Origin: Deltaproteobacteria bacterium
GTDB taxonomy: Bacteria > Desulfobacterota > JADFXK01
DNA: 39,722 nucleotides
NCBI GenBank assembly: GCA_015233295.1
Contig: JADFYC010000003.1
Location: forward strand, 1-39,722
Reading direction: 5' to 3'
Positions 28,711-36,904 of the stretch are shown in pieces; within the stretch, counting starts at the first letter, position 1; each line of letters opens with the position of its first letter. Below the pieces are notes generated by a model. That model ran no database searches. It saw only the letters and a list, made by a program, of their open reading frames with translations, and was not told the origin of the DNA. The position numbers and the translations under genes were made by a program.

Positions 28711-29609
28711 TTCAAGGATAAACTATCCCAGTTAAGATATTTTTTTGTGGAGATTCTTGATGTTGGTCCCAGGAAGATTGCAATTAATGTCGGTAAGACG
28801 ACCCTAAGGTCACAGCCAAATCTACTGGCCAGTCAACTTAGGTGACTGATGCGACCAGATAGCATAGAGAGTTGCCGGGCAAGGAAATAGAAAATTTGAT
28901 TAACTTATTCCAATAGATATAACTTTTGGAACGGCTTTTATCGTTCGTCCATTGCTCAATGGTTTCATGGTAAGCTACTCCCCCCTGGCTAATCCTTCCA
29001 TAATTGTTTCTATAACCTAAAAACCTTAAATCTACAATTGGCTTTCTCTGAAAGCGTCGGGGTTTCACTGATATTTCTTATGGCTGTATCTTGAAATATC
29101 TACGATACAGGGCCATGTTATATTGAACTGTTACCGATTCCATCCTCTCTACCGAACAGAGTTGACAATCCTCGCCATCCGGTCAATTTGGTTGGCCCTA
29201 CCTTTGGTCAAATGACCGGACCTTAGGGTGGCCAATGACTGCATCCTAATACGCCGAATATGCTTAATTATCATATTTCCAGATAAATTTTTCAGCACAT
29301 CATCATGAAGACAAAGTGATGACCAACTACTCATTTTGTCTTTCTCTCCTGTCAACCAACGAAATTTAAGGCTGCTCTTTCCGTTATCTAGAGGGCACAT
29401 CCCAGCAATCAGCAAGTGCCCCTGGGGTGCAAAAATAGCGGGGGACCGCCTGCCCATTTGATTGAACAATCGCAAACCGAATCATTGGGTATTAAATCAA
29501 TGGGGTGCTGGAATTGGCTTATAAATAGGGGTGCCCATTATCGGCCAACTGGGCCAAGTTAAATCTCACTTGTGCTCTGTATGCGGTAAAATTGTCCTTG
29601 GAGATAGTT

Positions 29610-29897
29610 ATGACTTTTAAAGAACATTGCGCCGAATCCACAAAGCTGTTTGGCCTGGCATACGAGGAAGTCCACCGTTGGTTGGACGAGTTTATGAATT
29701 CCCAGGAATATGGGATGCGGCATAGGAAGAAGAGACATCACGAGGCCGGGATAAGGCAGGTGATCACCCTATTTGGTGAACTGTCAGGACCGGTGGCCCG
29801 TCAGCATATTATCTCCGACCTGAAGCAGGAAGGCTGGACCGAACAAGACCCATTCCCCAAAGACGAGGATGATTTCGTCAAGATTGGGTTCTTCTGA
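29610..29897 (+). CDS. Small conserved-looking basic protein, unknown function
   Basis: MTFKEHCAESTKLFGLAYEEVHRWLDEFMNSQEYGMRHRKKRHHEAGIRQVITLFG...DLKQEGWTEQDPFPKDEDDF. A GGAGA RBS precedes the ATG at 29610. Confidence 0.55.
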   Translation: MTFKEHCAESTKLFGLAYEEVHRWLDEFMNSQEYGMRHRKKRHHEAGIRQVITLFGELSGPVARQHIISDLKQEGWTEQDPFPKDEDDFVKIGFF

Positions 29898-29973
29898 CCG
29901 CGGGATAATGCCCTGCCACAGCAAGGCCTGGTCTTGGTCTATATTCAACAATCACGAAAGGAGGGGTATCAAA

Positions 29974-30579
29974 ATGGAAATATTAAGGGTCAATGACGTA
30001 AGCGTGGCGGCACAACCGGCCATGGCCATAGAATTTCCCACGCTGGAGCAGGTGCGGCTTTCCGATCATTACTTTACGGAACCGAGTTCAGTGAAGTTGG
30101 TCCATTACATCCCGATCAAGAAACCGACCAGATATGAATACCTCACGGTGTGGGACCGTGACGATATGATCCTCCGGGTCCTCATCTTGGATATGAAGGA
30201 CGATTCAGGGATACACCTGGTGTCCCCCAGCTTATCGCCGACTCTGGAGGGATTAGCCAAGCCCACCGCCTTGTTCTTGTCTGTCAATCGGGCGGGAGAT
30301 CATTTCCTTTGGCCCGTTCAGCTTCCTGGGCCGGATGGTCGGTGGAATCCTTGGCACCAGTCGGCCATGGAGGCGGTCAATCTGGCTAAGACAAATTGGG
30401 TCCGGGTTCAGGCGAACCTGAGTCTCGGGGCATATGATATCTACAGGGCCACAGCAAGCATTCCGGACCCTGAATGGCCGGATATCACTCTTGATGAAAT
30501 CCTGAAGATGGCTTTCCGGGATCGGTTTATCAATTCCCTTGAACACCCCATCTTGAAACGGTTGCGGGGCGAAATCTAA
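29974..30579 (+). CDS. Unknown 201-aa protein translationally coupled to the PolA-like gene
   Basis: RBS AAAGGAGGGG before the ATG at 29974. The stop overlaps the polymerase start (TAATG at 30577-30581). No motif I can assign. The C-terminus reads EWPDITLDEILKMAFRDRFINSLEHPILKRLRGEI. Confidence 0.65.
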   Translation: MEILRVNDVSVAAQPAMAIEFPTLEQVRLSDHYFTEPSSVKLVHYIPIKKPTRYEYLTVWDRDDMILRVLILDMKDDSGIHLVSPSLSPTLEGLAKPTALFLSVNRAGDHFLWPVQLPGPDGRWNPWHQSAMEAVNLAKTNWVRVQANLSLGAYDIYRATASIPDPEWPDITLDEILKMAFRDRFINSLEHPILKRLRGEI

Positions 30580-32309
30580 TGACCGGGTGGGCTGGCTGCT
30601 TTGATGAGATTTGGGCGGTGGACTTTGAATTCCATTGCCCGCCGGGTGAGCGACCTCAACCGATTTGTCTGGTGGCTCAGGAAATCTACTCAGGGCGGAT
30701 TGTCCGGCTATGGGAGGATGATTTAGTCCAGATGAAGGGGTCACCATTTCCTGCTGGAGATAAATCCCTGTTCGTGGCCTTCTATGCCTCGGCGGAGTTT
30801 GGCTGTTACCTGGCATTGGGGTGGGCCATGCCGGTTTGGGTCCTAGACCTATTTGTAGAGTTCCGCTGCTTAACTAATGGTCGTGTCCTCCCGTATGGCT
30901 TCAGCCTGTTGGGGGCGGCCCTACACTTCGGATTACCAGAGACAGAGGCAGCAACAAAGGAAGATATGCGTGGTCTGGCCATCCGGGGCGGCCCATTCTC
31001 AGAAGAGGAGAAAGTCGATCTGCTGAATTATTGTGAGGCGGATGTCCACATCACCGCAGAGTTATTCCATAAAATGGTCGGGCTGATCGACTGGTCCAGG
31101 GCCTTGTGGCGGGGGCGGTACATGAAGGCAGTGGCCAGGATGGAATACTTTGGTGTTCCCATAGATACAGCGTTGTTGAGTTTGCTTAAGGCTAGGTGGC
31201 CGGACATTCAAACAAACTTGATCCAGGAGATTGACGTTGATTATGGCGTATATGAGGGCCGGACATTCAAGATTGACCGGTTTGAGGCATGGCTTTCCAA
31301 GAAGGGTATTACCTGGCCCCGGTTGCCGTCCGGCAGGCTCGATTTGTCAGATGATACCTTCCGGGAAATGGCCAGGTCTCACTATCGGGTGGCACCATTG
31401 CGGGAGCTGAGATCGTCGCTGGGGCAGATGAGGCTAAATGACCTTGCCGTGGGTGCAGATAGGAGGAACCGGACCCTATTGTCGCCTTTCCGGTCCAAGA
31501 CGGGGCGGAATCAACCAAGCAACAGTAAATTCATCTTCGGCCCATCGACCTGGCTTCGGTCCCTGATCAAGCCTGAGCCGGATCATGGCCTAGCCTATGT
31601 TGATTGGTGTCAACAGGAATTTGGAATTGCAGCTTATCTCTCCGGTGACCCGAACATGATCAAATCCTATGAAAGCGGAGATCCCTACCTTGAATTCGCC
31701 AAGTTGACCGGAGGTGTTACACTGGATGGAACGAAAGAGAGTCATCCCCGAGAGCGGGATTTGTTCAAGGCATGCATCCTTGGTGTCCAATACGGCATGG
31801 GATCCAAATCCCTGGGGTTCCGGATCGGGATGTCGCCTTGTTATGCTGAAGAACTAATCCGGATGCACCGGAGAGTGTTCAGCATCTTCTGGATCTGGTC
31901 CGATAATCTGTTGGAATTTGCCTTGATCCAGATGAAAATTAAGACTGTCTTCGGTTGGGAATATAGAATCACCGGAAAACCAAATCCCAGGTCAATCAGA
32001 AATTTCCCTATTCAGGCAAATGGAGCTGAGATGCTGCGGTTAGCCTGTGTCTTCATCACCGAAATGGGTATTGAACTCTGTGCTCCAGTCCACGATGCCG
32101 TCCTTATACATTTCCCGCTGGACAAAGAACAGCAGATTATTTCTGCAACACAACAAGCCATGAGTGATGCCTCGGCGGCGGTGTTGGGTGGCTATAGGCT
32201 GCGGCCAGACGTCAGCTTGGTCAGATATCCCGGCCGATATCAAGATGACCGTGGCGCCAAGATGTGGGAAACCGTGATGAGGATTATAACTGACCGCAAC
32301 GTGTCATGA
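30579..32309 (+). CDS. Family A DNA polymerase, 3'-5' exonuclease plus polymerase domains only
   Basis: Exo I AVDFEF and Exo III NYCEADV (YxxxD). Pol motif A LAYVDWCQQEFGIAAYLSGD, motif B RDLFKACILGVQYGMG, motif C PVHDAVLI. 576 aa with no 5' nuclease domain. Confidence 0.9.
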   Translation: MTGWAGCFDEIWAVDFEFHCPPGERPQPICLVAQEIYSGRIVRLWEDDLVQMKGSPFPAGDKSLFVAFYASAEFGCYLALGWAMPVWVLDLFVEFRCLTNGRVLPYGFSLLGAALHFGLPETEAATKEDMRGLAIRGGPFSEEEKVDLLNYCEADVHITAELFHKMVGLIDWSRALWRGRYMKAVARMEYFGVPIDTALLSLLKARWPDIQTNLIQEIDVDYGVYEGRTFKIDRFEAWLSKKGITWPRLPSGRLDLSDDTFREMARSHYRVAPLRELRSSLGQMRLNDLAVGADRRNRTLLSPFRSKTGRNQPSNSKFIFGPSTWLRSLIKPEPDHGLAYVDWCQQEFGIAAYLSGDPNMIKSYESGDPYLEFAKLTGGVTLDGTKESHPRERDLFKACILGVQYGMGSKSLGFRIGMSPCYAEELIRMHRRVFSIFWIWSDNLLEFALIQMKIKTVFGWEYRITGKPNPRSIRNFPIQANGAEMLRLACVFITEMGIELCAPVHDAVLIHFPLDKEQQIISATQQAMSDASAAVLGGYRLRPDVSLVRYPGRYQDDRGAKMWETVMRIITDRNVS

Positions 32310-32336
32310 GATAAGCCTGAGACCCAGTATCCCCCG

Positions 32337-32385
32337 GCACCCCTACCAGGTATTCTGTCGCAACATAGGGGTGCGGTAGAATACC
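32337..32385. repeat. Two interleaved inverted repeats (A-B-A'-B' order)
   Basis: A is GCACCCCTA (32337-45) and B is GGTATTCT (32349-56). A' is TAGGGGTGC (32366-74) and B' is AGAATACC (32378-85). It lies 28 nt after the polymerase stop. Confidence 0.6.
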
Positions 32386-32602
32386 GACTATCTATCTTTT
32401 TATAGAGTCTCTTCTTAATGTTATCGGATAAATTAAATGTTCTTGGTCCAGATGATTCCAAGATATAGTCCGGGGGGGATTGGATGAAAGGCAGAAGGAC
32501 AGAATCAGATGAACCACATATCCGCCCCTTGCCTAGCTCTATCCTGCCTCATGGCGCGACAGATAAAGCATAAGATTCCCCCCCCAACCAAGGAGATTAT
32601 CA

Positions 32603-32959
32603 ATGATGGCAATTGAATCATGGAGGTTACCGGAAGAGAAGGTTGATGGTACGCCATATTTGAGCAAGGTTCTCCCGGTCACCCAGACCCAAGGTTTCAT
32701 AAAGGGGCCTATTCCGCTATCCTGGGTGAAGGAGGTTTATAAAACTATTCCCAAGAGCGGAGCGAATATTATCCTGCTGTTGTTCTATTTGAGAGGGCTT
32801 AACCAGAATAGGCCCTTCAAAATAACCCGTGAACGAGCAAGACAATTCGGGTTATCCCGCTGGTCTTTGAGCAGGAGCCTCCGGACTCTGGCACAAGCCA
32901 AGTTAATCACGGTTGAACGGCTGCCCGGACAAGCTCCATTGGTGTATGTCTGTGTATGA
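32603..32959 (+). CDS. Small winged-helix/HTH DNA-binding protein (Rep- or regulator-like)
   Basis: RBS AAGGAG 7 nt upstream. The C-terminal half (ITRERARQFGLSRWSLSRSLRTLAQAKLITVER) reads as helix-turn-helix plus wing. It lies next to iteron-like repeats. Confidence 0.55.
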   Translation: MMAIESWRLPEEKVDGTPYLSKVLPVTQTQGFIKGPIPLSWVKEVYKTIPKSGANIILLLFYLRGLNQNRPFKITRERARQFGLSRWSLSRSLRTLAQAKLITVERLPGQAPLVYVCV

Positions 32960-33193
32960 GTCTAAGATAACTGACCATCTTGGACGTGCTTAGAGTTAAA
33001 CCCTCCTCACCCGAGAGTGGTTTAGCCAGCGGCGATTAAGGAAATGTCAAGACGACCTGCCCAAGATGACGATTCGATGACTTTATATTGAGCACCAGTT
33101 GACTTAAAACTATAAGAAGGATCATTCTTCTTTTATCTGGTGAGGGTTGACCAGCGCCTCCGGCTGCGGCCGCCCTCCGGTCCCAGGGAGAAA

Positions 33194-33355
33194 AGTCTTT
33201 AACAAATGCCGGAAGCGCCAGTCTTGGCTAATATGCCATAGATAGCCTGAAAAGGCAACGATTGCTCTTTATGGAGATGTACTTGGCCGGACGCCTCTGG
33301 CGGCTATTGACATCGTTGGGGGACAAGTCTTGGCTAAAATGCCGAAAGCGTCCGG
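33194..33355. repeat. Iteron-like direct repeats (candidate replication origin or operator array)
   Basis: AGTCTTTAACAAATGCCGGAAGCGCC (33194-), AGTCTTGGCTAATATGCC (33220-33237) and AGTCTTGGCTAAAATGCCGAAAGCGTCC (33326-). An AT-rich stretch (about 33085-33140) and a GC-rich CCTCCGG x2 / GCGGCCGC segment (33155-33185) precede them. Confidence 0.55.
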
Positions 33356-33707
33356 TGAATACAACCATGCCAGAATTGGACGTGGAAGGCAAGTCACGAG
33401 ATGCCTATTTAGGCCCGAAATGCTCCTCTGACTGGATTGATTACGTTCAGACAAGTTATGATGGTGTTAGTTCCACTGTTTCGGTTTCCGGAAAATTAAC
33501 CAAAGGATCCATAATGAAATGATGCAACAGTTACAAGTGTGGGTCGAGCAGAAAATATCCTCAAATAGACTGGTGAACCCGGCAAACATACGATATACTC
33601 GTGCCATTGAATCCGACCAGGACAGGGACTATCTTGGCCTTTTCCCTATTTGCTAGACGGTTCGGAGTCAAGGTAATGTATCCTTATAAATAAGGAAGGT
33701 GGACACA

Positions 33708-33950
33708 ATGATTAACGATCAATTTACCAACGCCATGGCCATGTTCGATAAAAGTGATTTGCAGGGCTGTGGAAAAGCATTAAAGGTCGGGATACTGAAC
33801 CTGACCGATGCAGACCGAGCAGCTATGGCCGAACTGGATCATGATGAGCTTTGCGATCTATGGGTTGCCTGTGACATGGCCAATCTTACCGACGTCAAGG
33901 AAGGCCCGATAAAAGACTTCTGCGACAAGGTGGACGCCCTGGGCAACTAA
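33708..33950 (+). CDS. Hypothetical 80-aa acidic protein
   Basis: RBS AAGGAAGG before the ATG at 33708. The ORF MINDQFTNAMAMFDKSDLQGCGKALKVGILNL... has no recognisable motif. Confidence 0.45.
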   Translation: MINDQFTNAMAMFDKSDLQGCGKALKVGILNLTDADRAAMAELDHDELCDLWVACDMANLTDVKEGPIKDFCDKVDALGN

Positions 33951-34084
33951 AAGACCCCTTCGGACATCCTAAAGATGTTCAAGAAATAGAAGTGGGATGG
34001 CGACACCTCCGTTCGGTGATTGGTGCTAAGGCCACCACCGGATGAGTCCATTCCCAGAGATTGAACCATATTGAGGTGACACCA

Positions 34085-34258
34085 ATGGACAAACCGACTT
34101 GCTCATTCTGCTTCTTCTTCTCACCAGGTGGTTGCCAGGGCCGTGGCCTTTGCCGACGGTTCGACAAACCAAAAACCCGGCTGTGGGTTCCCGGTTGGCC
34201 AAAAGTCCACCAGGCGGATCACTGCGAGGTCTTCAGGGTTAAGTTGAGAGAAAGATGA
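34085..34258 (+). CDS. Hypothetical 57-aa Cys-rich protein
   Basis: RBS GAGGTGA 5 nt before the ATG at 34085. MDKPTCSFCFFFSPGGCQGRGLCRRFDK...HCEVF contains CxxC and three further Cys. Confidence 0.4.
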   Translation: MDKPTCSFCFFFSPGGCQGRGLCRRFDKPKTRLWVPGWPKVHQADHCEVFRVKLRER

Positions 34259-34893
34259 CAATCCCAGCATTAGACACGTCCCCCCCCAGGTCAGGAGTTG
34301 AAATTATAAGGCTCGGACAGGCCCTGTCGCTAAGCCGGTTGCTGCAAGAGTCACCATGTAATATCGAGATAGCGATCAGATGCAGCACAAATTTTTCGAT
34401 CTTGGATTAATTTGACGTGACGGAAAAGTTAAGATCGTTTATTGCTTATTGAGCAGTGAGCTCCGAAATCATCAGGAAAGATACCGTGGCTGAAATCATC
34501 AAGAAAGGTGTAAAGGGACAGAAACCGCCCAAGAAGATAATTACACAGTAAGAACCGACCAAGGAAATAAGTTTACAAGACCCTGAACAATTACCTCGGG
34601 CTGAATGGGTCGGCCAGCAGATGATCTTTCAATCACGGTTCGGGGGGGGATTTACATCGGGAGGTACAGGGAAGACTACCAAGACTGGATTCTATTGGAG
34701 GAGCCGACTCTATCTGGAAAGGGCAATGTGGTTCAGCCGGAGTTCGTCGGGGAAGAGAGCAATTAATTTGGTAATGTTTATCCGGACTGTGAGGTCCGAT
34801 GAAAAGAGGAACATTGATTGGTAGCCACGCAGGAATTCTGACCAACAGGCCAAAATCACATAAAATTTATGGATTACCTCAGGAGGATTGGTG

Positions 34894-35859
34894 ATGAAAC
34901 TACGTCGAATAAAAGGTCTGACCATGCTCGACATTTTGGTGGTGGGCGCTGTCCTGATGCTATCGGCAACGGTCTGGGCAGCTACTCCAGTGACGCCCAA
35001 TGACAAAGCGTCTGCGCAATCCGGGACGCCGATTCACCAGCCCAGCAAAATGGTCCTCATTCCGGCTGGTGAGTTCAATATGGGTGATCCTTATAAAGAA
35101 GGCGACAAAAATGAACTTCCAGTGCGTAAGGTCTTTGTCAGCACTTTTTATATGGAGAATTACCTGGTTACCGGAAAACAATGGGAAGAGGTTTATAATT
35201 GGGCTAAAACACATGGGTATATATTTGAAAATACTGGATTTGCCAAGGCGGATGACCAGCCGGTTCAAGATGTGAGTTGGTATGATGTGGTTAAGTGGCT
35301 TAATGCCCGGTCGGAAAAAGAAGGGCGGACACCGGCTTATTATACAGACTCAGCCCAGACAGCAGTCTATCGGACGGGACAGAAGGATATAACCAAAGAT
35401 ATGGTCAGGTGGACGTCCAACGGATATCGGCTTCCGACGGAGGCTGAGTGGGAGAAAGCAGCCCGAGGTGGCATCGATGGACAGCATTACCCCTGGCCTA
35501 GCAAAGGCGGAAACTACAAAGACCATGTTGACTGCGGGAAGGCTAATTATCGAGTCTGTGATAAAAGGGGGACCACCCCGGTGGGGACTTATAACGCCAA
35601 TGGGTATGGCCTTTACGATACGGCCGGGAATGTCTCGGAGTGGGTCTGGGATTGGTATGACAGTGGCTGGTATGGTAAACCGAAGGCGACTGACGGCGAT
35701 ACACGTGGCCCGGATTTAGGCTCGCTCCGGGTTGCTCGTGGCGGTAGCTGGTATACCGACCCGTCTTACCTGAGGTGCGCTTACCGTATGACCTTATTCA
35801 ACACGGCCGCCGGCAAGAGCTTCCATTTGGGCTTTCGGGCTGCATCAGGACAGCTTTAG
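34894..35859 (+). CDS. FGE/SUMF1-sulfatase-modifying-factor domain protein with an N-terminal hydrophobic anchor
   Basis: RBS AGGAGGA. MVLIPAGEFNMGD...SWYDVVKWLNARSEKEG...NGYRLPTEAEWEKAARGG...NGYGLYDTAGNVSEWVWDWY...RVARGGSWY are hallmark FGE-sulfatase family blocks. Confidence 0.85.
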   Translation: MKLRRIKGLTMLDILVVGAVLMLSATVWAATPVTPNDKASAQSGTPIHQPSKMVLIPAGEFNMGDPYKEGDKNELPVRKVFVSTFYMENYLVTGKQWEEVYNWAKTHGYIFENTGFAKADDQPVQDVSWYDVVKWLNARSEKEGRTPAYYTDSAQTAVYRTGQKDITKDMVRWTSNGYRLPTEAEWEKAARGGIDGQHYPWPSKGGNYKDHVDCGKANYRVCDKRGTTPVGTYNANGYGLYDTAGNVSEWVWDWYDSGWYGKPKATDGDTRGPDLGSLRVARGGSWYTDPSYLRCAYRMTLFNTAAGKSFHLGFRAASGQL

Positions 35860-36022
35860 ATGATCGAAGCGGCGATCCCGGCCTGCGAGGTTAGGCGGAA
35901 GGAAGTTTGATGATTATTTACGCTGTACGGCTCTGCTGTCTGAGATAAGTTGGCCAAAATTAAAAATCATCACACTGGATAACATCCAGCACTTATCTTT
36001 ACGGAAGACGGCCGAGTTGTTG

Positions 36023-36256
36023 ATGAAAGCCAATGAGCCGTGGGAGGTCATCACCCTCAAACCAGCCGAAATTCTAATTGCCGACGATCGACGGGCGGGG
36101 ATAGCCAACGGGATTGACGCAGTTTGGGGTGACTGGGTGGAAGGCAATAATCGAGTAACCGACCACGGCTACCATTGGGGAGCACTGTGGCTGGACAGCG
36201 GAGGATTTGTTCAGGTCTGTTCCAACGAAATAGTCTTGAAAGATCAGGATGGCTAA
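36023..36256 (+). CDS. Hypothetical 77-aa ORF (weak)
   Basis: Open frame MKANEPWEVITLKPAEILIADDRRAGIANG... with a poor RBS. Overlapping antisense ORFs are equally unconvincing. Confidence 0.25.
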   Translation: MKANEPWEVITLKPAEILIADDRRAGIANGIDAVWGDWVEGNNRVTDHGYHWGALWLDSGGFVQVCSNEIVLKDQDG

Positions 36257-36322
36257 TGAGAAACTTCTTATAGATGTTAGTTTAGATAACTGATCATAAC
36301 ACCATGACGTCCTTGGGTCGGA

Positions 36323-36363
36323 CCCGGAAGTTTCTTCCATGAATAACACCGGCGGCGCCGGGG
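36323..36363. repeat. Copy B of the dispersed repeat seen at 10990-11031
   Basis: CCCGGAAGTTTCTTCCATGAATAACACCGGCGGCGCCGGGG. The CCGGC/GCCGG stem is kept but the loop differs from copy A (GGC versus CGCC). Similarity extends left to about 36302. Confidence 0.7.
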
Positions 36364-36738
36364 CTTGTTACAGGGCCTGGACACGTCTTTCTTGTGGTCT
36401 GAGATATCTCTCGCCCTGGAAACGAATGCTCGAATCCGACACAGGTTGAAAAACACATTTCGTTAAAGATGAGAACCGCCCAGGCCGTAAATGCAAGGCG
36501 TAAGCCTGGAGAACAAACCTTTTTCCCCCTTTACGCGTTGTTTTCTCACAAAGAGTATCCCCCTTCGGAAGGCGCCACCCTACCATTGAAGCGTTACACA
36601 TGATCCGGAAATTACGCAACACTTCCGTTGCATGCAACACTCCTTCGAATCAAACTCACACCTCTTGATGGTTCTCACTACACTGTAACTATATACACAT
36701 ATGAGATAAAATATAAACATGGCACCCCTCGATCCGGC

Positions 36739-36755
36739 AGGCACTAAACTTGCTT
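36739..36755 (+). promoter_or_regulatory. Candidate sigma-54 promoter
   Basis: aGGCAC-taaac-TTGCTt matches TGGCAC-N5-TTGCW with the correct GG-N10-GC spacing. It lies about 150 nt upstream of the ATG at 36905. No enhancer-binding protein gene is nearby. Confidence 0.35.
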
Positions 36756-36904
36756 GAATGAAGATACAGAATGGCTCTTTCATCTCCCATCTTGTTTCTC
36801 TTCTGCTAGTCCCCACGAGGTGAAAAAAGAGAATAGTGTAGTATGGGGAATCTGCAGACATACATTCAAAACGACTAAATTTCACAACAAAGAAGGAGAA
36901 GTTT

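Noticed and set aside
28801-29229. 10-bp inverted repeat ACCCTAAGGT/ACCTTAGGGT as element termini
   Set aside because: Matches of this length at this spacing are expected by chance in a window this size, and the flanks do not extend the match.
28838-29475. 76-aa and 108-aa minus-strand ORFs as an integrase or group II intron maturase remnant that would delimit the PolA cassette
   Set aside because: There are only vague resemblances (FLGYRNNYG versus the GW.NYY of maturases). No R..H..R..Y recombinase signature or RT motif appears in any frame. The evidence is too weak to call.
33262-33522. 86-aa ORF overlapping the third iteron
   Set aside because: It has no RBS, an odd composition, and overlaps the repeat array. 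It is more likely non-coding origin or operator DNA.
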